Of a DNA stretch of 64,000 nt, positions 27,905 through 37,145 are shown in pieces. The notes under the pieces were generated by a model. That model did not search any database, was not told where the DNA came from, and worked only from the letters and a program-made list of their open reading frames with translations. The position numbers and the translations under genes are program-made. Where the stretch lies: NCBI GenBank assembly GCA_965116565.1, contig OZ220699.1:3658858-3722857 (forward strand), given 5' to 3'. Origin of the DNA: Dehalococcoidia bacterium. GTDB taxonomy: Bacteria; Chloroflexota; Dehalococcoidia; Lucifugimonadales; UBA3495. The number at the start of each line of letters is the position of its first letter. Within the stretch, counting starts at the first letter, position 1.

Positions 27905-28957
27905 TTGACTTCTACCCCGTCAATCACGGCCCTCACGCCAGGCGGACGGGTCCGGCTGGCCCGGGAGAACCTGTGCCTGGCGATGGCGATGTACGCGGCA
28001 TCCCACCGGGGCCTGATCACCGCCACTCTCCTCCCCAACCGCGCGGAAGTCAGCCGCGAAAGCGGGCAGGCGCCAGATTCCAGCCTCCCGTTGGAGGTAA
28101 CGGACTATCGGTCCCTGTTGCGCACCACCGGAAACCAGGTCCGCGGCGCTTTCGCCCTTCTGGCGATGCAAACGCAGCGCGAGGCCGAAACCGTGTTCGG
28201 CTCCGTTTCACACCTGCCTCCACGGGCCGCCGACCAACCGGAAGTCGAACTCTGGAATGCCCGCGCCGCCACATACCTGATCGCCCAGAGCGTCGCGCTA
28301 GACCTCATGGCCCCCACCTGGCGCATACCTCCCGAGTTCCGCCAGTCCTACGCCATTCCCGGTCTGGACTTCATCCTGGACGCATCCTCTCTGCATGGTG
28401 AGGAGATCCGTTGGGGACACTTCGGCAGTCTGGCGCGCTATCTCGACCTGTCCCTGTTCGTTTCGTACTGCCTCGACGACATCGACATCGCGGTCGCGTC
28501 GGAGGCGGCGTCGGGCAACTATGGACTGCTGGGGCTCCTCGCGGAGCGCATATCCCATGAAATCCCGTCGGCAAGTCCGATCAGCGACGCGCGCGGCTAC
28601 GGCAGCGGGTCCGGCCGGCTCCGCCCGACCGGGTCGTTGGACGAAACCATCGACACCGACGCCCCCGCCGGATGGATTGCCCCGGACGGCCCGCCCGAAC
28701 CGCGCATCACCGTCGCGTCCCAGGCCACCGAAATGGGCCCCATCGACGACTTTGTCGCCAACGCCTGCTCCACCGGGGAGCGGGCGATGAATCTCGCGGG
28801 CGACCTGTACACGTCATACGCCAACTGGTGCCTGGACAACGGGTACCTCGCCCACAGCCAGCGCAAGTTCGGCCTCGAATTGCGTGCCCGCGGTTTCGAG
28901 CGCAAAAGACGCGGCAAGGGCAAGCACTGGTGGGTCGGAGTGGAATCCCGGGTTTGA
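27905..28957 (+). CDS. hypothetical protein with phage/plasmid primase C-terminal-like domain
   Basis: The C-terminal IDDFVANAC..LYTSYANWCLDNGY..SQRKFGLELRARGFERKR.GKGKHWWVGV resembles the C-terminal DNA-binding region of P4/D5-type primases. The N-terminal 260 aa is unrecognised and the TTG start is uncertain. Confidence 0.4.
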   Translation: MTSTPSITALTPGGRVRLARENLCLAMAMYAASHRGLITATLLPNRAEVSRESGQAPDSSLPLEVTDYRSLLRTTGNQVRGAFALLAMQTQREAETVFGSVSHLPPRAADQPEVELWNARAATYLIAQSVALDLMAPTWRIPPEFRQSYAIPGLDFILDASSLHGEEIRWGHFGSLARYLDLSLFVSYCLDDIDIAVASEAASGNYGLLGLLAERISHEIPSASPISDARGYGSGSGRLRPTGSLDETIDTDAPAGWIAPDGPPEPRITVASQATEMGPIDDFVANACSTGERAMNLAGDLYTSYANWCLDNGYLAHSQRKFGLELRARGFERKRRGKGKHWWVGVESRV

Positions 28958-29001
28958 CCGGCTGTCCAACGGTCGAAAAACACATCGGCCAACGTCTCTG
29001 G

Positions 29002-29023
29002 AATGTTACACAGACGTAACATT
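29002..29023 (+). promoter_or_regulatory. palindrome AATGTTAC-ACAGAC-GTAACATT upstream of small peptide gene
   Basis: 8-bp arms with a 6-bp spacer, 87 nt upstream of ATG 29110. A diverged copy at 29341-29360 lies upstream of the paralogous peptide gene. Confidence 0.45.
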
Positions 29024-29109
29024 GGCGCAAAACCCGTGAAACACGGAGCGACGATAATTGTCTCATCGAAACGGGCAGACCTGCCCAAACCGAATGGAGA
29101 CAGACTGAA

Positions 29110-29259
29110 ATGCTTGCCATAGCCGCCGGCGCCGCCTTTGTTGGATTGTTCGCTCTCTGGGTCATCGTGCCCCGGTTCGTCCTGCGCCGACACAACAACG
29201 AGTCCACCCCTATGGCAACCCAGCCTCAGGAAGAATTTGCACCGCAGGCCGCTGACTAG
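29110..29259 (+). CDS. 49-aa single-TM peptide (unannotated in ORF track)
   Basis: MLAIAAGAAFVGLFALWVIVPRFVLRRHNNESTPMATQPQEEFAPQAAD. GGAGA lies 8 nt upstream, a terminator follows, and a paralogue lies 330 bp downstream. Confidence 0.55.
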   Translation: MLAIAAGAAFVGLFALWVIVPRFVLRRHNNESTPMATQPQEEFAPQAAD

Positions 29260-29282
29260 CCGCCTAATCTCCTCACTAGCTT

Positions 29283-29316
29283 AGGGCTCGGGGATAACCT
29301 GGGCCCTTTTTGTTTT
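29283..29316 (+). terminator. rho-independent terminator
   Basis: AGGGCTCGGG-GATAA-CCTGGGCCCT stem (with G-U pairs) followed by TTTTTGTTTT. Confidence 0.5.
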
Positions 29317-29439
29317 CCATTGATCGAATCTCTGATCACGGTTACACAGGCGTTACATTGCCGCAAAACGGGCGCAACAAATTACGGACATACTGCCCCC
29401 ACTAATCAATCAACCTGATTCAGAGGGAGACAGACTGAC

Positions 29440-29601
29440 ATGCTTGCCATTGCCGCCGGCGCCGCTTTCGTAGGACTCTTCGCGCTCTGGGTGCTCGTTC
29501 CCAAGTACTTCATCCGGCGCAAGGAGAACGAAAACACCGTCGTCGCGCCGATGCGACACGAGGATGCGGCCGCGCAACCGACGCCATCGCCCGCTGACTA
29601 G
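29440..29601 (+). CDS. 53-aa single-TM peptide, paralogue of 29110-29259
   Basis: MLAIAAGAAFVGLFALWVLVPKYFIRRKENENTVVAPMRHEDAAAQPTPSPAD. It has the same GGAGACAGACTGA-ATG context. Confidence 0.55.
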   Translation: MLAIAAGAAFVGLFALWVLVPKYFIRRKENENTVVAPMRHEDAAAQPTPSPAD

Positions 29602-29627
29602 CTCGAACTCTTCATATCACGGATCAA

Positions 29628-29657
29628 CCCGGGGAGCGCGCGTTCCCCGGGTTTTTT
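29628..29657 (+). terminator. rho-independent terminator
   Basis: CCCGGGGA-gcgcgcgt-TCCCCGGG followed by TTTTTT. Confidence 0.7.
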
Positions 29658-29952
29658 GTTGTTGGCGCATGGTGACAATCTGCCCTGGCCCACAGGGTAC
29701 AGGCGCCTCATAATGACGCCACTGTGTTACGTGACCGCTGGTCAATCACAGCTACCGGCCCATGCGTACCCAGTTTGTTGGTGGTGGATGGGGAAGAGGT
29801 TGTCGGGTGGGTCGGGGTTGGCGGGGCAGATTTCGTAGCCCGTTGGTCTTCCTGCAATTCACCAAAATGCGGAGCCACCGATACACTCGGCGGCCCGCTG
29901 TCGAGTGCGCGCGTGTTCCGTTAATGGACAATGCCCGGCGAGCCCCGAAGCT

Positions 29953-30855
29953 TTACGGGACCCTGATCGTTAGCGTGCCGGATCCGGCCAGATAGCCGTT
30001 CACGTAGGACCAGAGGGCCAGCGTTTCCTCACCGTCGCTATCGTCGATGGCCTCAATGGTCATCGCGGCTCGTTGGGCATCCCCGACCTTCGACCCGACT
30101 ATGTACACCCGGGCGCCGTCGTGGTGGATGTTGCGCGTGAACGGCCGGTCGGGCAGGATGTCGCAGCAGCCGTCCCTGACGATGATGTCGTCCGCATCAC
30201 CGGTGCTTTCCACGAGGCCGACGTGCAGCGTCACGCCGATCTGCCGCTCTGCGTCCACCGTCACGTCCGGATTGGTCTGGAGGACCTGCAAAGTCGTTGA
30301 TCCGCCTTCGTCAACGGCGTTCGTCCAGGTAACTTCCCACCTGGGAGCGTTGGGATCCGGCACGGTTACCCAGACACGACCCTCGCTGCTCAGAGTTCCG
30401 TCGGAGATGGTGTAGTGGAAGCTGTCCCGACCGATGAACCCATCGTTGGGCGTGTACTCGACCAAATTGTCCGATAGAATCGTGGCCTGCCCGTGTCCTG
30501 GCTGGGTAATCGCGCTCACCGACAGGTTTGCCCGGTCGCCAACAAGATACACGTCGTTGATCAGCACGGCTATTGTAGTGCTCGACTCCGTCAGCCGCAT
30601 CAGAACGGCATCTGTGCGAGCGATGATCTGACTATGGCTGCTTTCATCGGGGCCGACCGGCGATCCTCCCTGGAATGTGTTCTCGATGCGGGCGCCTTCC
30701 AACCCGGTCGGGCCGGGATTTGATTCGTCCTCGGTTGCCATGAGAAGTTCGGACACGCCCTGCGCTTCACCTGGAAGCAGCCAGAGCAACGCCCCCAGGA
30801 CAAGAAGCGCCAGCATGCTTGCGGCGCCGATTTTGATCGAAATGTTTCTGTTCAT
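29953..30855 (-). CDS. secreted protein with cadherin/Ig-like repeat
   Basis: Start at ATG 30855 after AAGGAG. It has a signal peptide (..LLWLLPGEAQG). ..ITQPGHGQATILSDNLVEYTPNDGFIGRDSFHYTISDG.. resembles cadherin-like/Big repeats. Confidence 0.5.
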   Translation of the reverse strand: MNRNISIKIGAASMLALLVLGALLWLLPGEAQGVSELLMATEDESNPGPTGLEGARIENTFQGGSPVGPDESSHSQIIARTDAVLMRLTESSTTIAVLINDVYLVGDRANLSVSAITQPGHGQATILSDNLVEYTPNDGFIGRDSFHYTISDGTLSSEGRVWVTVPDPNAPRWEVTWTNAVDEGGSTTLQVLQTNPDVTVDAERQIGVTLHVGLVESTGDADDIIVRDGCCDILPDRPFTRNIHHDGARVYIVGSKVGDAQRAAMTIEAIDDSDGEETLALWSYVNGYLAGSGTLTIRVP

Positions 30856-30972
30856 AAAATCTGCTCCTTTGGGTCGTATGGAACCCGGTGTTGTATATCG
30901 GCAGGAATTACCCGACCCCAAGCGCGCGCAGGGCGGCGGGTTTGCCTGTCATGTTCAATTACGATAGAGCTG

Positions 30973-31332
30973 ATGGCACGGATGTTTGACCCGAGTGTCC
31001 ACCGAAACGTCCGCAGCGGCGGGATATCAATGATGACCCGGGCAACCCACCTCATTCGCCAGGGGCGGACTACGCTCTTCGCGATGACAAACTGGGTACG
31101 CGTGAGCAGCCACCGGCTCATGAACTCGAGAACCCGTTTGTATATAATGGCTTTCGCCGCCTACACCAGCGCCCTGCTGGTGGCGGCGGTATTCGCGTGG
31201 GTGGCGCTGCAATACAGCATGGCGGCCGGCGTGGCCCAATTGGCAGTCGCCCTCAGCGGCAACGAGATAGGAGGTTTCGCTTTGTTGCTTGGAATCCTGC
31301 GCGACGACCGCGCCCAAAAAGCCGAAGAGTAA
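30973..31332 (+). CDS. hypothetical membrane protein (start uncertain); same frame continues past TAA into a coiled-coil segment to 31551
   Basis: Two hydrophobic segments (AYTSALLVAAVFAWVAL and GGFALLLGIL). After TAA 31330-31332 the same frame reads ATKAQQETNKFRQEVEELRLHAEQQRQRAERAEAELERL.. up to TGA 31549-31551. Confidence 0.3.
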   Translation: MARMFDPSVHRNVRSGGISMMTRATHLIRQGRTTLFAMTNWVRVSSHRLMNSRTRLYIMAFAAYTSALLVAAVFAWVALQYSMAAGVAQLAVALSGNEIGGFALLLGILRDDRAQKAEE

Positions 31333-31557
31333 GCCACAAAAGCGCAACAGGAAACCAACAAGTTTCGGCAGGAAGTGGAGGAACTCCGATTGCATGCTGA
31401 GCAGCAACGCCAACGCGCCGAACGCGCCGAGGCCGAGTTGGAACGACTCCGCTCCGCGCGGGAGGAGGAATTCGCCGCCCGGCTCCGCCGTCTCGAAACC
31501 GCCGCCGGCCTCATACCACCCGACGCGTCCGACGACGCCACGGAGATCTGAACCCGC

Positions 31558-33564
31558 ATGCCAAAAACCATCGTAGGAATTGATGTCGGTGGCACGTTCA
31601 CCGACATTGCCATCCTGGAGGACGGACGCCTTTCCGTTCACAAGCTCCCCTCGACGCCCGCCGATCCGTCCCAGGGCATCACCCGTGGCATCAGCGAGAC
31701 CGACGTTGATACCGCCGCCACCGATTTCATCCACGGCAGCACCGTCGCCACCAACGCCCTCCTGGAGGGCAAGGGCGGGCGCACCGCCCTCGTCACCACC
31801 CTGGGGTTCGAGGACGTGCTGGAAATCGGACGCCAGAACCGCGCCGACCTGTATGACCTGTCCATGGAGCGGCCCACGCCGCTTTCCCCCTGGCAGCTAC
31901 GCTTCGGCCTCCCCGAGCGCATCGACTACACCGGCGCCATCCTCGACGACCTCACGCCCGAATCCGTGGACGCGCTGCTGTCCCTGCTGGCTGAGGCAGA
32001 GGTCGATGGCATCGCCGTGTCCTTCCTCTTCTCCTTCTTGAACCCAATCCACGAGGAGACCCTGGCGCGGCGTCTCTCCGAGTTGCCCAACCAGCCATTC
32101 ATCTCCATCTCCTCGAAAATCCTGCCCGAGTTCCGGGAGTACGAACGCACCAGCACCGTCGTCGTCAACTCCTATGTCGGCCCCGTGATGGCCCGCTACC
32201 TCACCCAACTGGAATCCGTTTTGGGTCGCGGCCTGCGCATCATGCAGTCTTCCGGCGGCAGCATCACCGCCAGCCTCGCCGCCGAGCAGCCCGTGCGCAC
32301 CATCCTCAGCGGTCCCGCCGGCGGAGTCGTGGGCGCCTTCTACACCGGTGTCCAGGCTGGCTACCCCGACATCATCACCCTGGACATGGGAGGCACCTCC
32401 ACCGACGTTTCCCTCTGCCCCGGCCGCATCAAGGAAACCACCGCCGCCAACCTGGGCGGTTACCCCGTAAGCGTCCCCATGATTGAGATCCACACCGTCG
32501 GAGCCGGCGGCGGATCCATCGCTCGCGTGGACGCCGGCGGCGCGCTGGTCGTGGGCCCCCAGTCCGCCGGCGCAGACCCCGGCCCGGCCTGCTATGGCCG
32601 CGGCGACCGCATCACCGTCACCGACGCCAACCTGACCCTCGGCCGCCTGCGTCCCGACGGTTTCCTGGGCGGCCGCATGACCCTCGACCTCCAGCGCTCC
32701 CAGACGTTGCTGTCCGACCTGGCGGACGGTGTCGGAGCGTCCGCCACCGAAACGGCCCTGGGCATAATCCGGGTCGTCAACTCCAACATGGAGCGCGCCA
32801 TCCGCGCCATCTCCCTGGAACGCGGCTACGACCCCCGCGAGTTCACGCTGATCCCCTTCGGCGGCGCTGGCCCGATGCATGCCTGCGAACTGGCCGCCGA
32901 GTTGGGCATCCCCCGCGTGCTGGTGCCCGGGCATCCGGGCATCCTGTCCGCCCTGGGCGTCGCCATCGCCGACGTGGTCAAGGACTACTCGCGCACCGTG
33001 ATGCTGCGGGGCGAGGACCTTGACCAGGCTCGCCTCGATACCGAGTTCCGAGGCATGGAGCAGCTGGCCCGCGCCGAACTGCTCGACGAATCCCTGCCCG
33101 CCGACGACATGACGCCACGCCGTTTCCTGGACGTGCGATATGTGGGCCAGTCCTTCGAGCTGACGGTGGATTGCCCATCTCTGGACGCCCCCGGCAACCT
33201 CACCGACTACATATCGGCAGACTTCTACGGAGCCCACCTGCAGCGGTTCGGTTACGCCGACCGCGACCTGCCCATCGAGGTGGTCAACCTCCGCCTGAAA
33301 TTGGAATTAGCCGTGGACAAGCCGACGTTGGAACCGGCCGCGTCCCAGGGGGCCAACTCATCCGCCGCCGCCATCGGTTCGGCCGAGGTCGTTTTCGCCA
33401 GCGGTCCCGTGAACACCACCCTCTACGACCGCGACCAACTGCAAACGGGCAACCGCATCGCCGGACCCGCCCTCCTGCTCCAACTCGACACCACCATCGT
33501 CGTCCCGCCCGGCTGGAACGGCGAAATCGACCCCTACGGCAACCTGATTCTGGAGCCCGCCTAA
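31558..33564 (+). CDS. hyuA: hydantoinase/oxoprolinase A subunit (HyuA family)
   Basis: 668 aa with the N-terminal IVGIDVGGTFTDIA ATPase motif and typical Hydantoinase_A layout. Confidence 0.85.
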   Translation: MPKTIVGIDVGGTFTDIAILEDGRLSVHKLPSTPADPSQGITRGISETDVDTAATDFIHGSTVATNALLEGKGGRTALVTTLGFEDVLEIGRQNRADLYDLSMERPTPLSPWQLRFGLPERIDYTGAILDDLTPESVDALLSLLAEAEVDGIAVSFLFSFLNPIHEETLARRLSELPNQPFISISSKILPEFREYERTSTVVVNSYVGPVMARYLTQLESVLGRGLRIMQSSGGSITASLAAEQPVRTILSGPAGGVVGAFYTGVQAGYPDIITLDMGGTSTDVSLCPGRIKETTAANLGGYPVSVPMIEIHTVGAGGGSIARVDAGGALVVGPQSAGADPGPACYGRGDRITVTDANLTLGRLRPDGFLGGRMTLDLQRSQTLLSDLADGVGASATETALGIIRVVNSNMERAIRAISLERGYDPREFTLIPFGGAGPMHACELAAELGIPRVLVPGHPGILSALGVAIADVVKDYSRTVMLRGEDLDQARLDTEFRGMEQLARAELLDESLPADDMTPRRFLDVRYVGQSFELTVDCPSLDAPGNLTDYISADFYGAHLQRFGYADRDLPIEVVNLRLKLELAVDKPTLEPAASQGANSSAAAIGSAEVVFASGPVNTTLYDRDQLQTGNRIAGPALLLQLDTTIVVPPGWNGEIDPYGNLILEPA

Positions 33565-33917
33565 ACGCTCTCCAACAACCGAATGAAGTCTGCTATCTGG
33601 CTTTTCCCATGGCGAATCATGCGTTCGTCGGGTGGACCGCCGTAAAATCGAGAGTGAAACCAGTTAGCCGACGTATAGTAGGTGTACAGAATTGGCGGAG
33701 CGCCCTCGTCATCAACCAGACGCATCACCACTTCCTCCAGATCCCGGTGTGAGCCGTGGGCCCATCCTCGGCTCTCGGCGACGGCCTTGATCGCATGTGC
33801 AGCCGCTCCCCATACCTTGTTGCCGGCCTCTTCCAACTCACCCCGTGCCACCTCATCATCCACCAATTCCAGAAAATGCCAGCTACGCTCGGCGTGGTAT
33901 TCAACGGCCGTTGTCAT
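33561..33917 (-). CDS. PaREP1/HEPN-like small helical protein
   Basis: ..GELEEAGNKVWGAAAHAIKAVAESRGWAHGSHRDL.. matches the EK.WGA..A.K..A..RGW.H.SH pattern shared with 46884-47399. Confidence 0.45.
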   Translation of the reverse strand: MTTAVEYHAERSWHFLELVDDEVARGELEEAGNKVWGAAAHAIKAVAESRGWAHGSHRDLEEVVMRLVDDEGAPPILYTYYTSANWFHSRFYGGPPDERMIRHGKSQIADFIRLLESV

Positions 33918-34016
33918 CGTTTCCCTCGTTCAACAATGTAGGATCAATGTAACACGGCGTCTGCCCCACTGCAAAATCATTCACACCTTTTGCACAATAT
34001 ACGGATAATCTCAGTT

Positions 34017-34826
34017 ATGACCACTAACATCTCCCGCCTCTCCGTCCTAGCCTGCTTCGCCCACCCCGATGATGAGGGGTTTGCGTCCGGCGGACTTCTC
34101 GCCAAACTCGCCGGCGGCGGCGCCCGCGTAACCCTGGTCTGCGCCACCAACGGCGACATCGGCGAGATCAGCGATCCGTCCCTCGCCACTCCCGAGAACC
34201 TCTGGCAGGTCCGCAAGCAGGAGCTGCGCAACGCCATGGCCATCACCGGCGTCAGCGACCTGCGCTTCCTCGACTACCGCGACAGCGGCATGGTCGGCTG
34301 GGACGACAACAATCACCGCAACGCATACTGCAACGCCGACGATGACCATGTGATCGGCCTGCTCGCCGGCATCATCGCCGAGACCAATCCTCACGTCGTG
34401 CTCACCCACGACCCCAGCGGCGGCTATGGCCACCCCGACCACAAGACCATGTCAGATCACGCCACCGCCGCCGTGCAGCGCGCCTCCGACCCCGACGGCT
34501 TCACGCCTCTGCTCTACTACGTCTGCTTCCCGCGCGGCGTCTTCCAGCGCTGGTGGCAGGAGATGCTGGACCGGGGCATCGAGCCGCCCTTCGCCGTGGA
34601 TGCCATCGACTCGCTGGGCACCCCCGACGACGAGGTGACCACCACCGTGGACGTGTCAGCGTACGTAGACACCAAAATCGCGTCCCTGAAATGTCACCGC
34701 ACCCAGATCAGCGACGACGGCCCCTTCTTTCAACTCCCCCAGGACATCATGGCCGGCCTCATGGGCACCGAATACTACCAACTGGCCGCACCTTCCGGCG
34801 CGACGGATTTGCTGGCTGGGTTATGA
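34017..34826 (+). CDS. PIG-L/LmbE-family deacetylase
   Basis: VLACFAHPDDEGF and ..HPDH.. metal-binding motifs. Confidence 0.8.
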   Translation: MTTNISRLSVLACFAHPDDEGFASGGLLAKLAGGGARVTLVCATNGDIGEISDPSLATPENLWQVRKQELRNAMAITGVSDLRFLDYRDSGMVGWDDNNHRNAYCNADDDHVIGLLAGIIAETNPHVVLTHDPSGGYGHPDHKTMSDHATAAVQRASDPDGFTPLLYYVCFPRGVFQRWWQEMLDRGIEPPFAVDAIDSLGTPDDEVTTTVDVSAYVDTKIASLKCHRTQISDDGPFFQLPQDIMAGLMGTEYYQLAAPSGATDLLAGL

Positions 34827-34874
34827 TGCTGAAGGTACGTAGATCAAGTTTTAAGCGGGGAGTAGGAGGGCATC

Positions 34875-35294
34875 GTGACGCAAAAGCGCCAAACACACGA
34901 CGACTGGATCATCCTGCCCGGCACCACCATCGGAGGCGAAGTGGGTACTTTCAGGGTTGATTTCACCATCCGCAACCGCAACACCGGGCAATCCCGAGAC
35001 TTGAACGGCCTTGTGGATACCGGCGCGTCATACACCATCATTCCGACGCATATTCTGGACGAGTTGGGCATCGAACACGATGAAACGGAGTTGTTCAGCC
35101 TGGCGGATGGTTCCGTGCAGGAACTGGACATCGGACTAGCCGATATGGATTTGCAGGGACGTACCCGCACCGTGTACGTCGTCTTTGGCACCAGCCGCGA
35201 GAAAATACTCCTCGGCGCCATGGCCCTGGAATCTTTCGCCCTTGCCGCCGACGCCAAAAACCACCGCCTGATCCGCGCCGAGTTGACGATTTAG
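34875..35294 (+). CDS. retropepsin-like aspartic protease
   Basis: LVDTGAS active-site motif, about 139 aa, GTG start after GGAGTAGGAGG. Confidence 0.65.
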   Translation: MTQKRQTHDDWIILPGTTIGGEVGTFRVDFTIRNRNTGQSRDLNGLVDTGASYTIIPTHILDELGIEHDETELFSLADGSVQELDIGLADMDLQGRTRTVYVVFGTSREKILLGAMALESFALAADAKNHRLIRAELTI

Positions 35295-35341
35295 CGACCA
35301 CCCTTTCACGCACCGGATACCGAACGAGGACCACACTCACC

Positions 35342-36961
35342 ATGCCCGTTGACGCGATCAGCCTCGAAGTTTTCAAGAACATGTTCATCTCCGTTTCCGA
35401 GGAGATGGGCGTGGCTCTCCAGCGCACCAGCTACTCCACCAACATGAAGGAGCGCCAGGACTTCTCCTGCGCCCTCTTCAATCCCGCGGCCGAAATGGTC
35501 GCCCAGGCCGCCCACCAGCCGGTCCACCTGGGAGCCATGCCGGCCTCCGTGCAGGCCGCCCTCCAGACCTTCCCCGACGGCCTCGCGCCCGGCGACATCA
35601 TCATCCTCAACGACCCCTACCTCGGCGGCTCCCACCTGCCCGACATCACCCTCGTCGCCCCCGCCTACACACGTCCTTTGACAGATCACACCGACGACGG
35701 CCAGGAACTCATCGGCTACGTCAGCAACCGCGGCCATCACTCCGACGTCGGCGGCATGGCCCCCGGCTCCATGCCCCTGTCCACCGAGCTATACCAGGAG
35801 GGGATGATCATTCCGCCCCTCAAGCTTGCGGACGCCGGCCGTATCAACCAGGAGCTGATCGCCCTCATCTGCCGCAACTCCCGCACCCCCGATGACCGCC
35901 AGGGCGACCTCGCCGCCCAGATCGCCTCCATCCGCGTCGGCGACATCCGCCTCACCGAGATCGCACAGCGCTACGGCCTCGCCGAAACCCACGAGCACAT
36001 GGCCGCGCTGCTCGACTACTCCGAGCGCCTCACCCGCCGCCGCATCACCGAGATACCCGACGGCACCTACCGCGTAACCGACTACATGGACGACGACGGC
36101 CAGACCGATGAGCCGGTCGCCATCAGCGTCGCCGTAACCGTCGCCGGCGACCGCCTCACCATCGACTTCACCGGCACCGCCGACCACCGGCCCGGCTGCA
36201 TCAACGCCCCCCGCGCCGTCACCGTCTCCGCCAGCCTATACGTCGTCCGCTGCGTCGTCGGCGACGAGGCCCCCGCCAACCAGGGCTGTCTGCGTCCCGT
36301 CGAGGTCATCACCCCGCGGGGCAGTCTGGTCGATCCCCTGCCCCAGCGCGGCGTCGCCGGCGGCAACGTGGAGACCTCCCAGCGCATCACCGACGTCCTG
36401 CTGGCCGCCATGAGCCAGGCCATGCCCGACAAGATTCCCGCGTCGTCCCAGGGCACCATGAACAACATGATCGTCGGCGGCCACGACATCTCCCGAGACA
36501 AGCCCTACGTGTACTACGAGACCATCGGCGGCGGCATGGGCGCGCGCCCCGACAAGGACGGCATCTCCGGCATCCACACCCACATGACCAACACCATGAA
36601 CACGCCGGTTGAAGCGCTGGAGTTCGCGTTCCCATTGCGCCTGCGCCGCTACGCCCTGCGCCGCGGATCCGGCGGCGACGGCCTGCACCGGGGCGGCGAT
36701 GGCCTAATCCGCGACGTCGAGTTCCTCAGCCCTGCCCGCGTCACCGTCCTGTCCGAGCGTCGCCGCTACGCGCCCCCCGGCTACCACGGCGGACACCACG
36801 GCCACCACGGCGAAAACGTCCTGCTCAAGGGCGGCTACGAAGAGGTCCACCTGGCCGGCAAGGAAACCCTGGACGTGGAGGCCGGCGACATCCTCAGCAT
36901 CCGCACTCCCGGCGGCGGCGGCTGGGGCGCTCCCACCGGCGACCACGACCACCACCATTAA
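35342..36961 (+). CDS. hyuB: hydantoinase/oxoprolinase B subunit (HyuB family)
   Basis: 539 aa. The N-terminal DAISLEVFKNMFISVSEEMG and overall Hydantoinase_B layout fit the family. Confidence 0.85.
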   Translation: MPVDAISLEVFKNMFISVSEEMGVALQRTSYSTNMKERQDFSCALFNPAAEMVAQAAHQPVHLGAMPASVQAALQTFPDGLAPGDIIILNDPYLGGSHLPDITLVAPAYTRPLTDHTDDGQELIGYVSNRGHHSDVGGMAPGSMPLSTELYQEGMIIPPLKLADAGRINQELIALICRNSRTPDDRQGDLAAQIASIRVGDIRLTEIAQRYGLAETHEHMAALLDYSERLTRRRITEIPDGTYRVTDYMDDDGQTDEPVAISVAVTVAGDRLTIDFTGTADHRPGCINAPRAVTVSASLYVVRCVVGDEAPANQGCLRPVEVITPRGSLVDPLPQRGVAGGNVETSQRITDVLLAAMSQAMPDKIPASSQGTMNNMIVGGHDISRDKPYVYYETIGGGMGARPDKDGISGIHTHMTNTMNTPVEALEFAFPLRLRRYALRRGSGGDGLHRGGDGLIRDVEFLSPARVTVLSERRRYAPPGYHGGHHGHHGENVLLKGGYEEVHLAGKETLDVEAGDILSIRTPGGGGWGAPTGDHDHHH

Positions 36962-37067
36962 TCTCATGGTCTGCGCGGCCCCGCCTCTCATCGTGAGCAA
37001 GGCTGTACCAACCGCCGCCGCGTAGGGGCGAGTAAACATTCGTCGGTCGCGCGAAACCCCAACCGTA

Positions 37068-37091
37068 CGGGCGGGTTTGAAACCCGCCCCG
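37068..37091. repeat. REP hairpin CGGGCGGGTTTGAAACCCGCCCCG
   Basis: Same core as the 10160-10182 hairpin, but without a T-run here. Confidence 0.7.
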
Positions 37092-37145
37092 CGTTATGCT
37101 CCCGCAACGCGCAATCCCATCGCGATTTTCGAAGCGTCGGACCGA

